Assembly: GCA_951406725.2 (NCBI GenBank)
Contig: OX597831.1
Coordinates: 47,802,001 to 47,866,000, forward strand
Reading direction: 5' to 3'
Length of the DNA: 64,000 nucleotides
Origin: Octopus vulgaris
Lineage: Eukaryota
In this document: one piece after another, positions 1-11,829 of the stretch
Numbering within the stretch: position 1 is the stretch's first letter
Layout: every line of letters begins with the position of its first letter
The notes under the pieces: model-generated
Database searches by the model: none
Seen by the model: only the letters and a program-made list of their open reading frames with translations
Told to the model about the DNA's origin: nothing
Made by a program: the position numbers and the translations under genes

Positions 1-195
1 TCTTGCCAACAGAGAAAGAGCTGGTTTCTAACTTAGATCCAAAGCTCCTTCATTGGAATTTCTACATCAACAACAGGGTATTTTTGCTTGTATGTATGAA
101 TGTATGTATGTATGTATGTATGTATAAGACTTTTACAAGGGAAAGTTTGACAGACAGCTTTTTCTTTGTGAAAAATTCAATAAATATGTACTCTA

Positions 196-605
196 GGTGC
201 AAGCATGACTGTGTGGTAAGAAGGTTGCTTCCCAACTACACGATCCCAGGTTCAGTCCCACTGCATGGCACCTTCAGCAAATGTCTTCTACTATAGCCCC
301 CAGCTGACCAAAGCTTTGGGAGCGGATTTGGTGGACAGAAACTGAAAGAAGCTCATTGTTTATGTGTGTGTTTGTGTGTGTGTGTGTGTGTGTGAGAGTG
401 TGTGTGTGTGTGTGTGTATGTGTGTTTGTGTGTGTGTGAGTTTCTTTATGTCTGATGCTGATGTGTTTACATCCCTACAGCCTAGTAGCTTTGAGAAAAA
501 GACTAAAAGAACAAAATAAATAAAAAGTGAGATTGATCCATTTCACTAAAAATTCTTCAAGGTGTAAACCCCTCCATGATTGCAGCAGTCTTATAAACTG
601 AAACC
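196..605 (+). mobile_element. tRNA-derived SINE, family A, diverged copy with internal (TG)n
   Basis: Head (tgactgtgtggtaagaagg...ggttcagtccc) with A/B-box-like motifs; body matches the copy at 8779-9193. Confidence 0.8.
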
Positions 606-774
606 CACGCCTGCCCCAAAAAATGAAAAGAAAAATTAACAATTATTGAGTTATCCTTCAGTTTAATGTTAAACTGATTTTATATGTAACTTGACATAAT
701 AACAATAAAAACAAACATACACACACACATATATACAAAAGTTTATATATAAGCCCCCCCCCATATATATATAT

Positions 775-980
775 GAGAGGTGTTGGTATCCAGAAGACCC
801 AAGGTGTTACAGAAGGACCATAGTTAAACTCTCAGTTCGATAAAAATACAAGTGAGGAATCTAATGCAGCTCTTGTGTGAGCATGTATATGCTAAATAAA
901 ATGAGACAACAAAGCCAAGGCTGTGCAGAATTTTCAGAACATTTATAAAGCCTTGGCTTTGTTATCTCATTTTATTTATA
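775..980. repeat. Short fold-back element related to 1305-1540, between (TA)n and (CA)n
   Basis: Shares gacccaaggtgt/gaccatagttaa/ccaaggctgt blocks with 1350-1530; inverted arms at 893-922 and 949-978. Confidence 0.65.
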
Positions 981-999
981 ACACACACACACACACATA

Positions 1000-1245
1000 T
1001 TGTTGTATCTGGGGAGAATCATTCTCTTTTAGTGCCTTATTATTTAACACACTCACTGGTAAAGTTTACCAGTGAGTGTGTCAAATAATAAGGCACTAAA
1101 AGAGAATGACTCTCCCCATATACAACAAAATATGCATCAATACACGAACTCACATTAAGAATCTTGCAAGCCAAATCCAAAAAAGAAGTACAGCAGAACC
1201 TCGGTTTATGAACTCCACTGATCACGAATAAATCATGCGTTATGT
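1000..1245 (+). mobile_element. PLE-associated repeat with a 129-bp palindrome; same family as 33774-33975 and 51645-51820
   Basis: Near-perfect palindrome 1000-1128 centred on 1064; right arm and continuation align with 33846-33965. Confidence 0.75.
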
Positions 1246-1257
1246 ATCTCTATGTCT

Positions 1258-1303
<46 letters not shown>

Positions 1304-1304
1304 G

Positions 1305-1910
1305 CTTACATTAGCAAGAAGTTGAGGTTATAAGAGATAATGGTGTCATTGAGACCCAAAGGTGTCAGGTAATGCTGAATAAGTGCTATAGAAAGACCAT
1401 AGTTAAGTTCCAGATTCGGTAATATTGAGAATAAGGGGTTCAACGTTGATTCTATGTCAGCGTGTGTATATAAGAATTTTTTGCGTAATAGGATAAAAAA
1501 ACCAAGGCTGTATAGATATTAGAGCATTTATAGATAGAAGGTCTTACAGCTGTTTCTAGGATATTAATTAATAATATCCCTTCATCGGAGATGGTATGAG
1601 AGGAAAAATTAAGTCATAGTTAGTTTCGATGTGATACAAAATAGAGAGTGAGGTGGAGGAAAGAAAATAGATGTAAGATATGTATGGGTATTGAATTTGA
1701 AAATCCGTTTTATAGGCATAATGGTATATATGCAATATTCCAATATCCTTTGAGTAAAATCCAAAAGTCCAACAGAGTTTAATATGAGTCCTTCCAAATA
1801 TAGAGTTTATAAGCAATGTAAGATTCCCTTATGAGTGAGATCCAGCAGATTTTAAAACTTGGTCATTCCCAGTAGAGAATTTATATACAGTGTTGTAGAG
1901 TCAAGGTTTG
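1305..1910 (-). mobile_element. Probable PLE-derived element in (TA)n carrying a hammerhead motif
   Basis: Flanked on both sides by (TA)n; contains the hammerhead fold at 1542-1591. Confidence 0.55.
1542..1591 (-). ncRNA. Minimal type I hammerhead ribozyme motif (CCGAUGA core)
   Basis: Minus strand: TCT CCGATGA a-gggatatt..aatatcct-a GAAA CAGCT GTA AGA; stem I TCT/AGA, palindromic helix III ACAGCTGT. Confidence 0.7.
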
Positions 1911-1991
1911 TATATATATATATATATATATATATAAATATATATAAAGCATGATTTATTCATGATCAGAGTTGTTTGAAAACCAAGGTAC

Positions 1992-2045
<54 letters not shown>

Positions 2046-3151
2046 CTATCTATCTATATATATATATGTATGTATGTATAGACACGTACATATATACATA
2101 CATTCATTCATTTACACATATACGTACATTTATATCTATATGAAACTTGAATGAAACAGGAAAATTGTGTTTGTCTGACATCAAGATATTAACAATTTAC
2201 TGAATTACACTTTACATTTCACGTATTTTAATTAATATTTATATAATGAACTGTAAACCATTTCCTTTTTATATCTAATAATTAACTGTTATCGTTTTAG
2301 TCTGTGTAAAAGCACTGTCTGCCACACAAGATACATTATGGTTATACATTTGAGTGAATATATTTTGTGTTTTTTCATGTCAGTTTGCGTGAGTGTCTCC
2401 GATAAAAACAAAAGAAGGTATAAACGGTTGATCAATTGTCTTTTCTTAACAGAAACTACAACATATGGCGAGACAAGATTTACATATATGTTACAAATCC
2501 ACTTCTCAATATTAATGTCAGCAGACTTTTTAACAATATACCTAATTAAGCTTTGCAAAAAGTTCTTCTTTCAATTTTGTAGATATGACTAAGATATCAG
2601 ATGAAAGAATGTCCTCTTTTTTGAAGACAGAAGTCTAGGAGTTGTCTGGGTTTTGTTTCTTAGTCTTTTATAAAGAGCAGCTGTAGAACTATCACTGATT
2701 TTGCTCCACTCAGGTTCATCTGGACAAAGGCTTCCTGGTTGTTTTCTTTGTCATTTTACTTTTGTAATACAATCGCCATCATCAGTGGTAGCATAATCAA
2801 TGTTAATTATATTCATCACCGACATAGTCTTCATCATACTATTATATTTATCACCATCATCATTGTCATCGTCGTCGTTGTCACCACCACCGTCGTCATC
2901 ATCATCATCATTGTGTATTGAAATACTCATTATTTTCGAGGAGCCTCATAGCATACATTATACGTGTGATATAAAAACGTGTGTGTGTGTATACATATAT
3001 ATATATATATCCAGCTGTTTCTGAAGGGAGATATAGCCTTTGACCTTTGAGTAGGAAATGTATGAACTGAATACACATGATTAATAATAGACAAACACAG
3101 AAAAGCCCTTGATGATGTTGCTAGTGTTAATATCAATGGTGATAATCATGT

Positions 3152-3183
<32 letters not shown>

Positions 3184-3680
3184 GTGAAATGATAATGAGG
3201 ATTTATTGGACTGAAGGTAATAATGCAGGGTAATGAATATGTGTTCTGTCAATGCCGATGTTTAAAGAATCAGACTTCTGTCTTTTATAGAAGAATATAC
3301 TAGCAAAATTATTTATTTACTGAAAAATTTACAACAACGATATAGATGTAAATTTGCAGCTAATAATAGAGGTAAAGGTAATTAAGCTGGAAGAATCGTT
3401 ATTTCCTTGCTTAGCAGAATTTCTTCTTCCAGATCTTCATGTTGGGCTCAAATCCCACCTTCCAACACTTTGGGATTGATAAAATAAAGTAACAGTCATG
3501 TACTGAGATTGATGTAACAGACATGCTCTCTCACCTCAAAACCACTGGCCTTGAACTCTACAACAAACTGGCAGGCAATCTGTTCAGAGAGACTATTGTG
3601 ATCACAGTCATATGCCATATAAATATGAAAGAAATACAACTAAGCTTTTTGTCAGGCATTCTTTTATTTGTTTGTTTGTT

Positions 3681-3917
3681 TGTTTCAGTCATTTGACTGT
3701 GGCCATGCTGGAGCACTGCCTTTAGTCGAACAAATCGACCCCCAGGACTTATTCTTTGTAAGCCTAATACTTATTCTATTGGTCTCTTTTGCCAAACCGC
3801 TAAGTTATGGGTATGTGGACACGCCAGCAACAGTTGTCAAGTGATGGTGGGGGAACAAACACAGACACACAAACATACATGCACACACACACACAAACAT
3901 ACACACACACAGACACA

Positions 3918-3954
<37 letters not shown>

Positions 3955-4141
3955 TTACACACACGCGCGTGCACACACATATAATGGGCCTCTTTCAGTT
4001 TCCATCTACCAAATCTACTCACAAGGCTTTGGTCGGCCTGAGGCTAAAGTAAAATACACTTGTCCAAGGTGCCATGCAGTGAGACTGAACCCAGAACCAT
4101 ATGATTGGCAAGCAAGCTACTTACCACACAACCACTCCTGC
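3681..4141 (-). mobile_element. tRNA-derived SINE, family A
   Basis: Full-length reverse-complement match to 8779-9193 with internal (CA)n. Confidence 0.9.
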
Positions 4142-4211
4142 TAATGATTCTGCCAGCTTGCAGCCTTAATAAACCTTTCTACTATATGGAAACTGGGCAA
4201 TAGCCTCCTAA

Positions 4212-4433
4212 CCCTTTTGATACTAACCTACCTGAAACTGCCTCTCACTCTGTAGTATAAATGTCTTATTTTCAAAAATTTTGCATTAAAATCTTCCACC
4301 AAACCTTAGTCACAATTTATGTTCCTAACACTAGCTTAGTGATAACTAAGTTATTTTACTAAATTCTTTGTTATATTTAAAATTAATTGAGAGAAACACC
4401 AAGCATCTCAAAATAAATATGGTAACAAAAGTG
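4212..4433. mobile_element. piggyBac-type MITE
   Basis: CTAA|CCCTTTTGATAC...GTAACAAAAGTG|TTAA termini; a reverse-complement copy starts at TTAA|CCCTTTCGTTAC at 5458. Confidence 0.7.
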
Positions 4434-4679
4434 TTAAGCCCTAGATTTCAAGAAAAATAAAAAATAAAACAAGAGAGATATTTGACATACCAAGTTATGT
4501 TCCAGCAGTTCATATCAACGATAGATTACATTGTGTAACAAATTTTTTTTTTTTTTTTTTTTGTCTTTGGTCAGTAAATGTTATTTCCTATTTGTTTCTA
4601 TCTAGAAATCAAAGGAAATGACTACTATTCCCTTCAACCTTTGCTTTTCTGACCTGGGCATCAATGTTTTGAAACTGAC

Positions 4680-4910
4680 CTATTTTCCATTACATTTCAA
4701 ACAGATTCAGCACTGAGTTGCTGAAGCAGAAATATCATTAGAGTAAAATATTCCACTCCATTCTATAGATTTGCTTGTCAGTTGCTTGAGCTTAACCACT
4801 TGAGCATGTCCCTAACTGGTTGACAATATGTGCATCTCTGATCGTGAGTATAAGTAGTTGGGGAGCATTATAACCATGTGTTGAGAGATTCTTTGGGGTT
4901 TGAATAAATG
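4680..4910. repeat. Interspersed repeat homologous to 17775-17940
   Basis: Shared blocks gcatgtccct, atatgtgcatctctgatc, gtagttggggagcat, ttctttggggtttgaataa. Confidence 0.75.
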
Positions 4911-5129
4911 TAACAAAAGCAAAGTTTGAAGGAAATATTAACCATTTTTCATACTTTCTTGGGGTAAGCAAATAGGAAATAACAGTTGCTACCCATGGAC
5001 AAAAATTGTGTTACGCAGTGTTATTTTCAATTTTTGTTTCTTTTATGGTTCACTTGATTGAAGAAAGGCAGTACCTATTATAGATTTTCTCAGAGCTTCC
5101 ACGACTGCTTGCTTTTGCTCACCCACCTC

Positions 5130-5340
5130 TTATCATCATTGTTTCAACATCCATTTTTTCCTTGCTTGCATTGTTCAGATAGAATTTGATGAGGCAAGCT
5201 TTCTATAACTGGATGCCCTTCCTGTCACCAACTCTCACCTGCTTCCAAATAAGGTAATATTTCCCCATGACCAAGACTTGTTTTGCAGAATATTGGAAAT
5301 AAATGGCATTCATTTACAACAATCATATAATGTCAAAAAC
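5130..5340 (-). mobile_element. RTE-related SINE fragment
   Basis: ctggatgcccttcctgtcaccaac motif and (CAT) tail, as at 12157-12487 and 62360-62600. Confidence 0.6.
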
Positions 5341-5457
5341 ACACACACACACACACACACACGCATCCCCCCTCACACACACATACACACACATGCATGC
5401 GCATATACAATGTGATTCTTTCAGTTTAGATTGACCAAATCCATCATGAGGCTTTAA

Positions 5458-6196
5458 CCCTTTCGTTACTGTAATTATTTTGAGATACTCTGTGTTTCTT
5501 TCAATTATTGGGTTGTCCGGAAAGTTTGTGCCAGTTTTTAAAGGAAAGAAAAAGGTCAATAAATACTTGCCATTACATTTTTAATCAACCAAATATGAAC
5601 CATTTTGTTGCACAATGCATCTCCATCTTTCCTTTAACTTGAAAATACCCACTTCCCAGAATTGAGGTGGTTTCATGGCAAAGAATTTATCAAGGTATCT
5701 TTTTACATCATACAAGGAATTGAAATTTTTACCATTAAGACTTTTCTGCAGAGACCTGAATAAGTGGAAATCCGAAGGAGCAATATCTGGGGAATATGGA
5801 GGGTGGGGTAACATACCCCAGCCGAGCTGCAACAATTTTTATCTGGTTCTCAAAACATCAAGTGCCAAAAATGAACTTTCTTATCTTATTTAAAGGGTTA
5901 CAAAATTAACACAGGTTATAGGAACATAAACCTTCTTCCACAAAAAGATAGTTTAAACTGTGCTCTAAATGGAGGTGTAGTCAAATTCTATTTTATGGAC
6001 TCAACCATGTTCTAAAATAAGTTGAAAGGTAAGCTACTATAAATCGGCGCAAACTTTCCAGACAATCCAATACTTTAAATATAACAAAGAATTTAGTAAA
6101 ATAACTTAGTTATCATTCAGCTAGTGTTAGGAACATAAATTGTGGCTAAGGGTTTGGTGGAAGATTTTAATTCAAAACTTCTGAAAACAAGACGTT
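5458..6196. mobile_element. piggyBac-type MITE, split by a mariner derivative and itself inside a family A SINE
   Basis: 5458-5507 plus 6073-6196 are the reverse complement of much of 4212-4433; SINE pieces lie at 5410-5453 and 6197-6310. Confidence 0.75.
5508..6070 (-). mobile_element. Internally deleted mariner (non-autonomous) with TIRs and TA duplication
   Basis: TA|TTGGGTTGTCCGGAAAGTTTGTGCC...GGCGCAAACTTTCCAGACAATCCAA|TA; ORF 5581-5835 has LPHPPYSPDIAPSDFHLF. Confidence 0.92.
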
Positions 6197-6893
6197 TCAC
6201 AAGGCTTTGGTCTTCCTGGGTCTAGATTAGAAGGCACTTGGCCAAGCTGTTACACTGTGGGACTGGACCTTAAACCATGTGGTTGGGAAGCAAGTTTCTT
6301 ATCCACAGCATCACATTCTACATCCAACAGAATAATTTTCTACAGAAAAAGTGATTAGGCCATTATTTATTTATTTATTCATTTATTTATTTATTCTATT
6401 TTATTTTATTGTTTTTAAAATTTTATGTCATGCATTTTTTGCCTGGCTGGTTATAAGGTTTCCATTTCCAATGAACCAATCATACTGTGGCCATTTCAAA
6501 GGACTACTGATATAGCTTGTTTGCCCAATCAGCATAGAACCTTTGTAATTATTCTCAAATCACTGATTAAAAGATGTAATCTCTCACATAAAACATCATA
6601 GAATTTCATTTTGTTTTTTATATCTTTGATTTTGAGGGAGTTAGCAAAACTGCTATAGAATTCCTGCAAGGACTGATAATTCAGTTTTCATTAGCTGAAT
6701 TACCAGACAGAACAAAATTGTCATTAACTTGCCCCATATTGATTGCTATTGGAAATAGTAGAATCACGAAGTATATACTTTACTTAATTACAAGACTACT
6801 TGTATAGCATTGTTATGAATAAATATGTATACGGAGTTCATAGCCAATATGTTTAATTGTGGGTATGGTGCTATTGCTGTGATAAATGCATTT

Positions 6894-6949
<56 letters not shown>

Positions 6950-6955
<6 letters not shown>

Positions 6956-7253
6956 GATTGGACATGGGCGATCGTTGTATTCTTTCTTGTCTTGAGGTTC
7001 ACAGCCAAACGGCTGCGTGGATTTGTGTGGAAAATGGCACACATGTGGAGACGGGTGCATAGATTGGAATGCAGTTTGTATTTTTTTTCCAGCCCCCATA
7101 GTTACCGAGAAAATCAATTAAAACTTTTTCTAATGGAATTCCCCTGTTTGTTCCTCCATTGAAACAACCAGTTGCTCACACAGCCGGCATATACCATTTA
7201 ACATAATCTTTTCCATAAATCAACTATTGTAAAAATTTTATATGATGAGCATG

Positions 7254-7300
<47 letters not shown>

Positions 7301-7686
7301 CCATTTCATATATCTTCTTTCAATTTCTGCTCTCTGGAAATAAAATTTTTACCGATACAATTGCTTACAAAAATAGGGATTAATGTATACTTTCTTTCTA
7401 TGTTCATAATTAAATCAATGTTTTAATGATTAGACAGAGGTCCAATAGAATAGCTCTCAGAAACAGACTATGTACAAATTCGTTCTTCACAACTCCTGAA
7501 GCTGTTTTGTGACCGGTTGGTGGGGGGCGGGGAAGTCAGGAAATTTTCATACAGCTGGAGGCTCCAATCGAAACAGGGGACCCAAAATGATAAGGTTGAG
7601 AAACGCTGTTATAGATTATGCCTAACACAAAACGATCATGACCACATCATCCAAACAGACCGGGTGAAACCGGGCTTAGCTGCTAG
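6950..7686 (+). mobile_element. Probable non-autonomous Helitron
   Basis: 3' hairpin CCGG-gtgaaa-CCGG (7660-7673), then CTAG (7683-7686) and T; 5' end is obscured by (TA)n. Confidence 0.55.
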
Positions 7687-8096
7687 TATATATATGTATA
7701 AAGAACCTTGGAAGTGGTAAATATCCAAGTGAGATGTATACCAAAGGGTATTCTTCAGGCCAAGGGTATATTGATTAAATGAAGTTTACATTGTCATAAA
7801 GTGGTACATGTCAATACATGGACAAATTGTATTTAAAATTAAAGTTTAGGCAGGAGACTATAAGATGTAATATCCAAAACCTTGTTATGGAAATGTCTCT
7901 TCTAGTGTGTCTGCAGAGCACATTCATTTCTTTTGTTGCTGGATGTATGTAAAGAGTTCCTCAGTGCATGTTGAGTGTATTTTAAATGAATAATACAGAA
8001 AACAGAAGTAAGCTGAAATGATCATTGTCCTAAATACAGCTTCAAGTACACCGTCTTCTGTATTAATCATTTAAAATATATATATATATATATATA

Positions 8097-8489
8097 TCTT
8101 TATATATAAAAGTGAAGTTGTGTGTCTGTCTCCTACGATTTAGATTCCTAACTACTCCCACATTTTGCGGTGCAGTGTAACCAAAAGCAGGTATCTTATA
8201 GTCGTGATTCATATCAAGCCCTTCTGAGTATTAGAGCATGTCTACGATGAGTCTACGATTTAAAAAAAATTTACTGTCATTTTTTCCCATTTTTAATGCA
8301 TTTTTTTGCTATTATATAAGGGAAGTAACTCTCTAAAAATGTATTATTAAATCTCAGAACGTAAAAAGCTACAGTAACACCCCCCTTTGTGGTTAGCCAT
8401 ATTGAGATGGGTATTATACTTTACATCTCTAAAAATGCTTATATAGTTATTTCCCTTACAAACCTGAGCAACGCCAGGCGATACTGCTA

Positions 8490-8490
<1 letters not shown>
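8097..8490 (+). mobile_element. Non-autonomous Helitron
   Basis: A|TCTTTATATATAAAAG 5' end, subterminal hairpin cctg-agcaacgc-cagg (8463-8478), CTAG|T 3' end, no TSD. Confidence 0.8.
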
Positions 8491-8528
<38 letters not shown>

Positions 8529-8530
<2 letters not shown>

Positions 8531-8763
8531 AGAGTAAGCACATAAATGCAAAACAAAGTGGAAAAAATAGTGTTCGAATACCAGAGGTAGTGTAATATGC
8601 TTTATTGAAAGGCAGCAAAAATATCACAAAAATTGTTGCTCAGAGTTGCATGTTCCTGTTTGTCAGACTGTTTTGCTTAGGATCTAAACAAAAGTGCCTG
8701 ATGAACAGGAATGTGTAACACAGTAAAAGTTTTTGGGATACTTTTGCTGCTTTTTAATAAAGT
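8529..8763 (-). mobile_element. Decayed fold-back hammerhead element, same family as 42398-42618
   Basis: 8529-8610 is the reverse complement of the 42540-42618 tail; decayed arms follow, with CTGATGAacaggaatgt at 8698; flanked by (TA)n. Confidence 0.75.
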
Positions 8764-8778
8764 ATATATATATATATA

Positions 8779-9193
8779 GGCGCAGGGGTGGCTGTGTGGT
8801 AAGTAGCTTGCTAACCCACCACATGGTTCCGGGTTCAGTCCCACTGCGTGGCATCTTGGGCAAGTGTCTTCTGCTATAGCCCCGGGCCGACCAATGCCTT
8901 GTGAGTGGATTTGGTAGACGGAAACTGAAAGAAGCCTGTCCTATATATGTATATATATATATGTATGTGTGTGTGTTTGTGTGTCTGTGTTTGTTCCCCT
9001 AGCATTGCTTGACAACCGATGCTGGTGTGTTTACGTCCCCGTCACTTAGCGGTTCGGCAAAAAGAGACCGATAGAATAAGTACTGGGCTTACAAAAAGAA
9101 TGAGTCCCGGGGTCGAGTTGCTCGACTAAAAGGCGGTGCTCCAGCATGGCCGCAGTCAAAATGACTGAAACAAGTAAAAGAGTAAAAGAGTAA
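8779..9193 (+). mobile_element. tRNA-derived SINE, family A, best-preserved copy
   Basis: GGCGCAGGGGTGGCTGTGTGGTAAG A box, GGTTCAGTCCC B box, internal (TA)/(TG) tract, (AGTAAAAG)n tail; CpGs retained. Confidence 0.92.
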
Positions 9194-9290
9194 TATATAC
9201 ACACACACACACATATATATACACTCACATATATATTTATATATATATATATACATGAATACACATTACATATATATATATATATATATA

Positions 9291-9671
9291 TATCTATACA
9301 ATATGTTACATTACTCGGTAGTCAAGATAAAACTCTGAGTTTCAGATGCCGAAGTGGAAATCCACAACACCATCTCTTCGGTTATCTGGCTATTTGAAAA
9401 CGTTATGAAAAAATACCGTTAAAAAATGAAGGGAAATTACTCTGTTATAACTCTGCTTTGCCTGCGTACTTATACATCGCTCGCATTTTTCGTCATAAAA
9501 AAGATAAAAAAGATAACCGAAGAGATGGTGTTGTGGATTTCCACTTCGGCATCTGAAACTCAGAGTTTTATCTTGACTACCGAGTAATGTAACATATTGT
9601 ATAGATAAATTTCCTCTATTTACATAATATTGAGGTCTCTTTCTTTCTTTTGTTATCTTACCGTTTTATCA
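9291..9671 (+). mobile_element. Well-preserved PLE-type fold-back element with perfect 97-bp inverted repeats
   Basis: 9291-9387 is the exact reverse complement of 9511-9607; an unpaired tail runs to 9671; (TA)n on both sides. Confidence 0.85.
9511..9573 (+). ncRNA. Minimal type I hammerhead ribozyme motif (CCGAAGA core), mirror copy on - strand at 9325-9387
   Basis: AGATAA CCGAAGA gatg..gtgga-tt-tccac..catc t GAAA CTCAGA GTT TTATCT; 6-bp stem I, helix III ACTC-A-GAGT. Confidence 0.75.
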
Positions 9672-9703
<32 letters not shown>

Positions 9704-9852
9704 GCATACACATTACATATATATATATATATACATAATGCCTTATCTTACTAACAGGGGAGGTAACGTAAATAGGCAGTCACATTTAGACAGAGAGGCT
9801 GAAAGATAGATAGAAAGATCAAAAGACAGAAATGAAGAAATAGATGGAAAAG

Positions 9853-9877
9853 TAGACAGACAGACAGACAGACAGAC

Positions 9878-9916
<39 letters not shown>

Positions 9917-10265
9917 GAGTCATAGACAGAGTCATAGATAGAGTCATAGATAGAGTCATAGATAGAGTCATAGATAGAGTCATAGATAGAGTCGTAGACA
10001 GAGTCATAGATAGAGTCATAGACAGAGTCATAGATAGTCATAGATAGACAGAGTCATAGATAGAGTCATAGATAGACAGAGTCATAGATAGAGTCATAGA
10101 TAGAGTCATAGATAGACAGAGTCATAGATAGAGTCATAGATAGACAGAGTCATAGATAGAGTCATAGATAGACAGAGTCATAGATAGAGTCATAGATAGA
10201 CAGAGTCATAGATAGACAGAGTCATAGATAGACAGAGTGATAGATAGATAGAGTGATAAATAGAT
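9853..10265. repeat. Compound GACA/GATA microsatellite turning into a 12-bp (AGATAGAGTCAT) minisatellite
   Basis: Tandem units read directly; explains the YDSI/MTLS ORFs. Confidence 0.95.
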
Positions 10266-11174
10266 AGGTATGATCGGAACATGAATTGTTAGGTAGATAA
10301 GTAGATGGGAAGATAAATGGGTGGATATACCAATACATATCATGTTTACTAAATTTTATTACCCATGAGCAAATAGAAGAGAGTTTCAAAGTTTGATATG
10401 AGTATTGAACTGATCAGTTTCAACTTCTGTTGGTGGCTGACTAAGGATACAATGTTTTCTTCCTAGATCTGACACACAAACTTTCATGCTGTTCATTCTA
10501 TGATAAAATGATCATGGCTGAATCACCTTTGATCATAGCTCTGATCATAGAACAACCCACATGTGCATGAGGTATATATACATGCAAATGCATGCACACA
10601 CACCCACACACACACAAATTTCAAGTTTATCTCATCAACAACAAGCAATATACAAAACATTAGGCTTATACATACACTCCAGCTCTGCTGACTTTTTCTT
10701 TGACCACTTTAGAGAAGTTATATAGACATCACATGATCAGTTTCTCCTCTATTCCTTACAGAGTAAAAGAAATTACTTTGTAGTCCTGTTTGATTCATGC
10801 ATTTTGTATGTGTGTGGGGTTTGTGTTGGTGTTCTTTGACAGGGGCTAGAGTTGTGTTCTGTTCCTGAAATCTTTGATATTTTGCCTTTTGATACAAATC
10901 CCATGTCCAGACACAATAGCCAGAGCTAAGTCATTGACAGCATTCAACATGACTACATCCACTTCAAGAAATCAAGGGAGATATTATATGGTTCTTTGAC
11001 TTACTAGATATAGAAAGATAGTTCTTTTGTTAAATCAAATGAAACATGATTGTTTAACTTGTGAGTGACTTCTCTCCCTTGACCAAACAGTATCAGACAC
11101 AATGCCTTGAAGCATTTGTTCTATCAGCATTCAGAGTTCAAATTCTGCCAAGGTTAACTTTATTTTTACCTCCT

Positions 11175-11648
11175 TTCAAGTATTTTCAATTGTTTGGCAA
11201 CAGTCTTCCAAGAACAATTCATGAATTTTCCTGGCGTTTTCATTCATTTGGGAGATCAACAGTTTCTCTAAACAAGGTTGGTCATCAAATAACAAGTGAT
11301 CATTCCTATAACATGAAAACTGCTCGCAAACTTGTGTTTTGATCATGGCAGCATCCTTATAAACTGTTTGAAGCATGACAATTGTTTCGGCTGTTGTTTT
11401 ACCCAGCTGAAAACAGAATTCCATGGACGTACATTGTCCTTTCCTTTCAGCCATTGCAAAAATTGATGAACAACGGAGAAGTAGTGGCAAACAAAGATGT
11501 ACCACATGGCAGTACAATCTCACACAATGCTGCCAGTCAGCAGACTGATGCCTGAGGGTTGTATCAAGTGACTTCTAGTGGTAGAAGCCTGAACTACATG
11601 GGCTTGTCCCACAGAGAACATTTCCATTTACTTTTGGATAACCCTCAT
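11175..11648 (-). mobile_element. Mariner 5' fragment (N-terminal HTH region), decayed
   Basis: ORF 11176-11523 reads FCFQLGKTTAETIVMLQTVYKDAAM...DDQP; TIR-like end near 11625-11648. Confidence 0.8.
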
Positions 11649-11777
11649 ATTGTTTATGTACACACACACACACTATATATATATATATATATATATATTA
11701 TTAATAATATGAAGGAATATTATTCCAAACTTACAGGGAAAAATTCAATTTAGAAATACTAAATCAAATTTCACAAA

Positions 11778-11824
<47 letters not shown>

Positions 11825-11829
<5 letters not shown>

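Noticed and set aside
8779-8850. tRNA genes at SINE heads (also 23331, 31545 and 59430)
   Set aside because: A/B boxes are present but each runs into a SINE body, with no complete cloverleaf or terminator.
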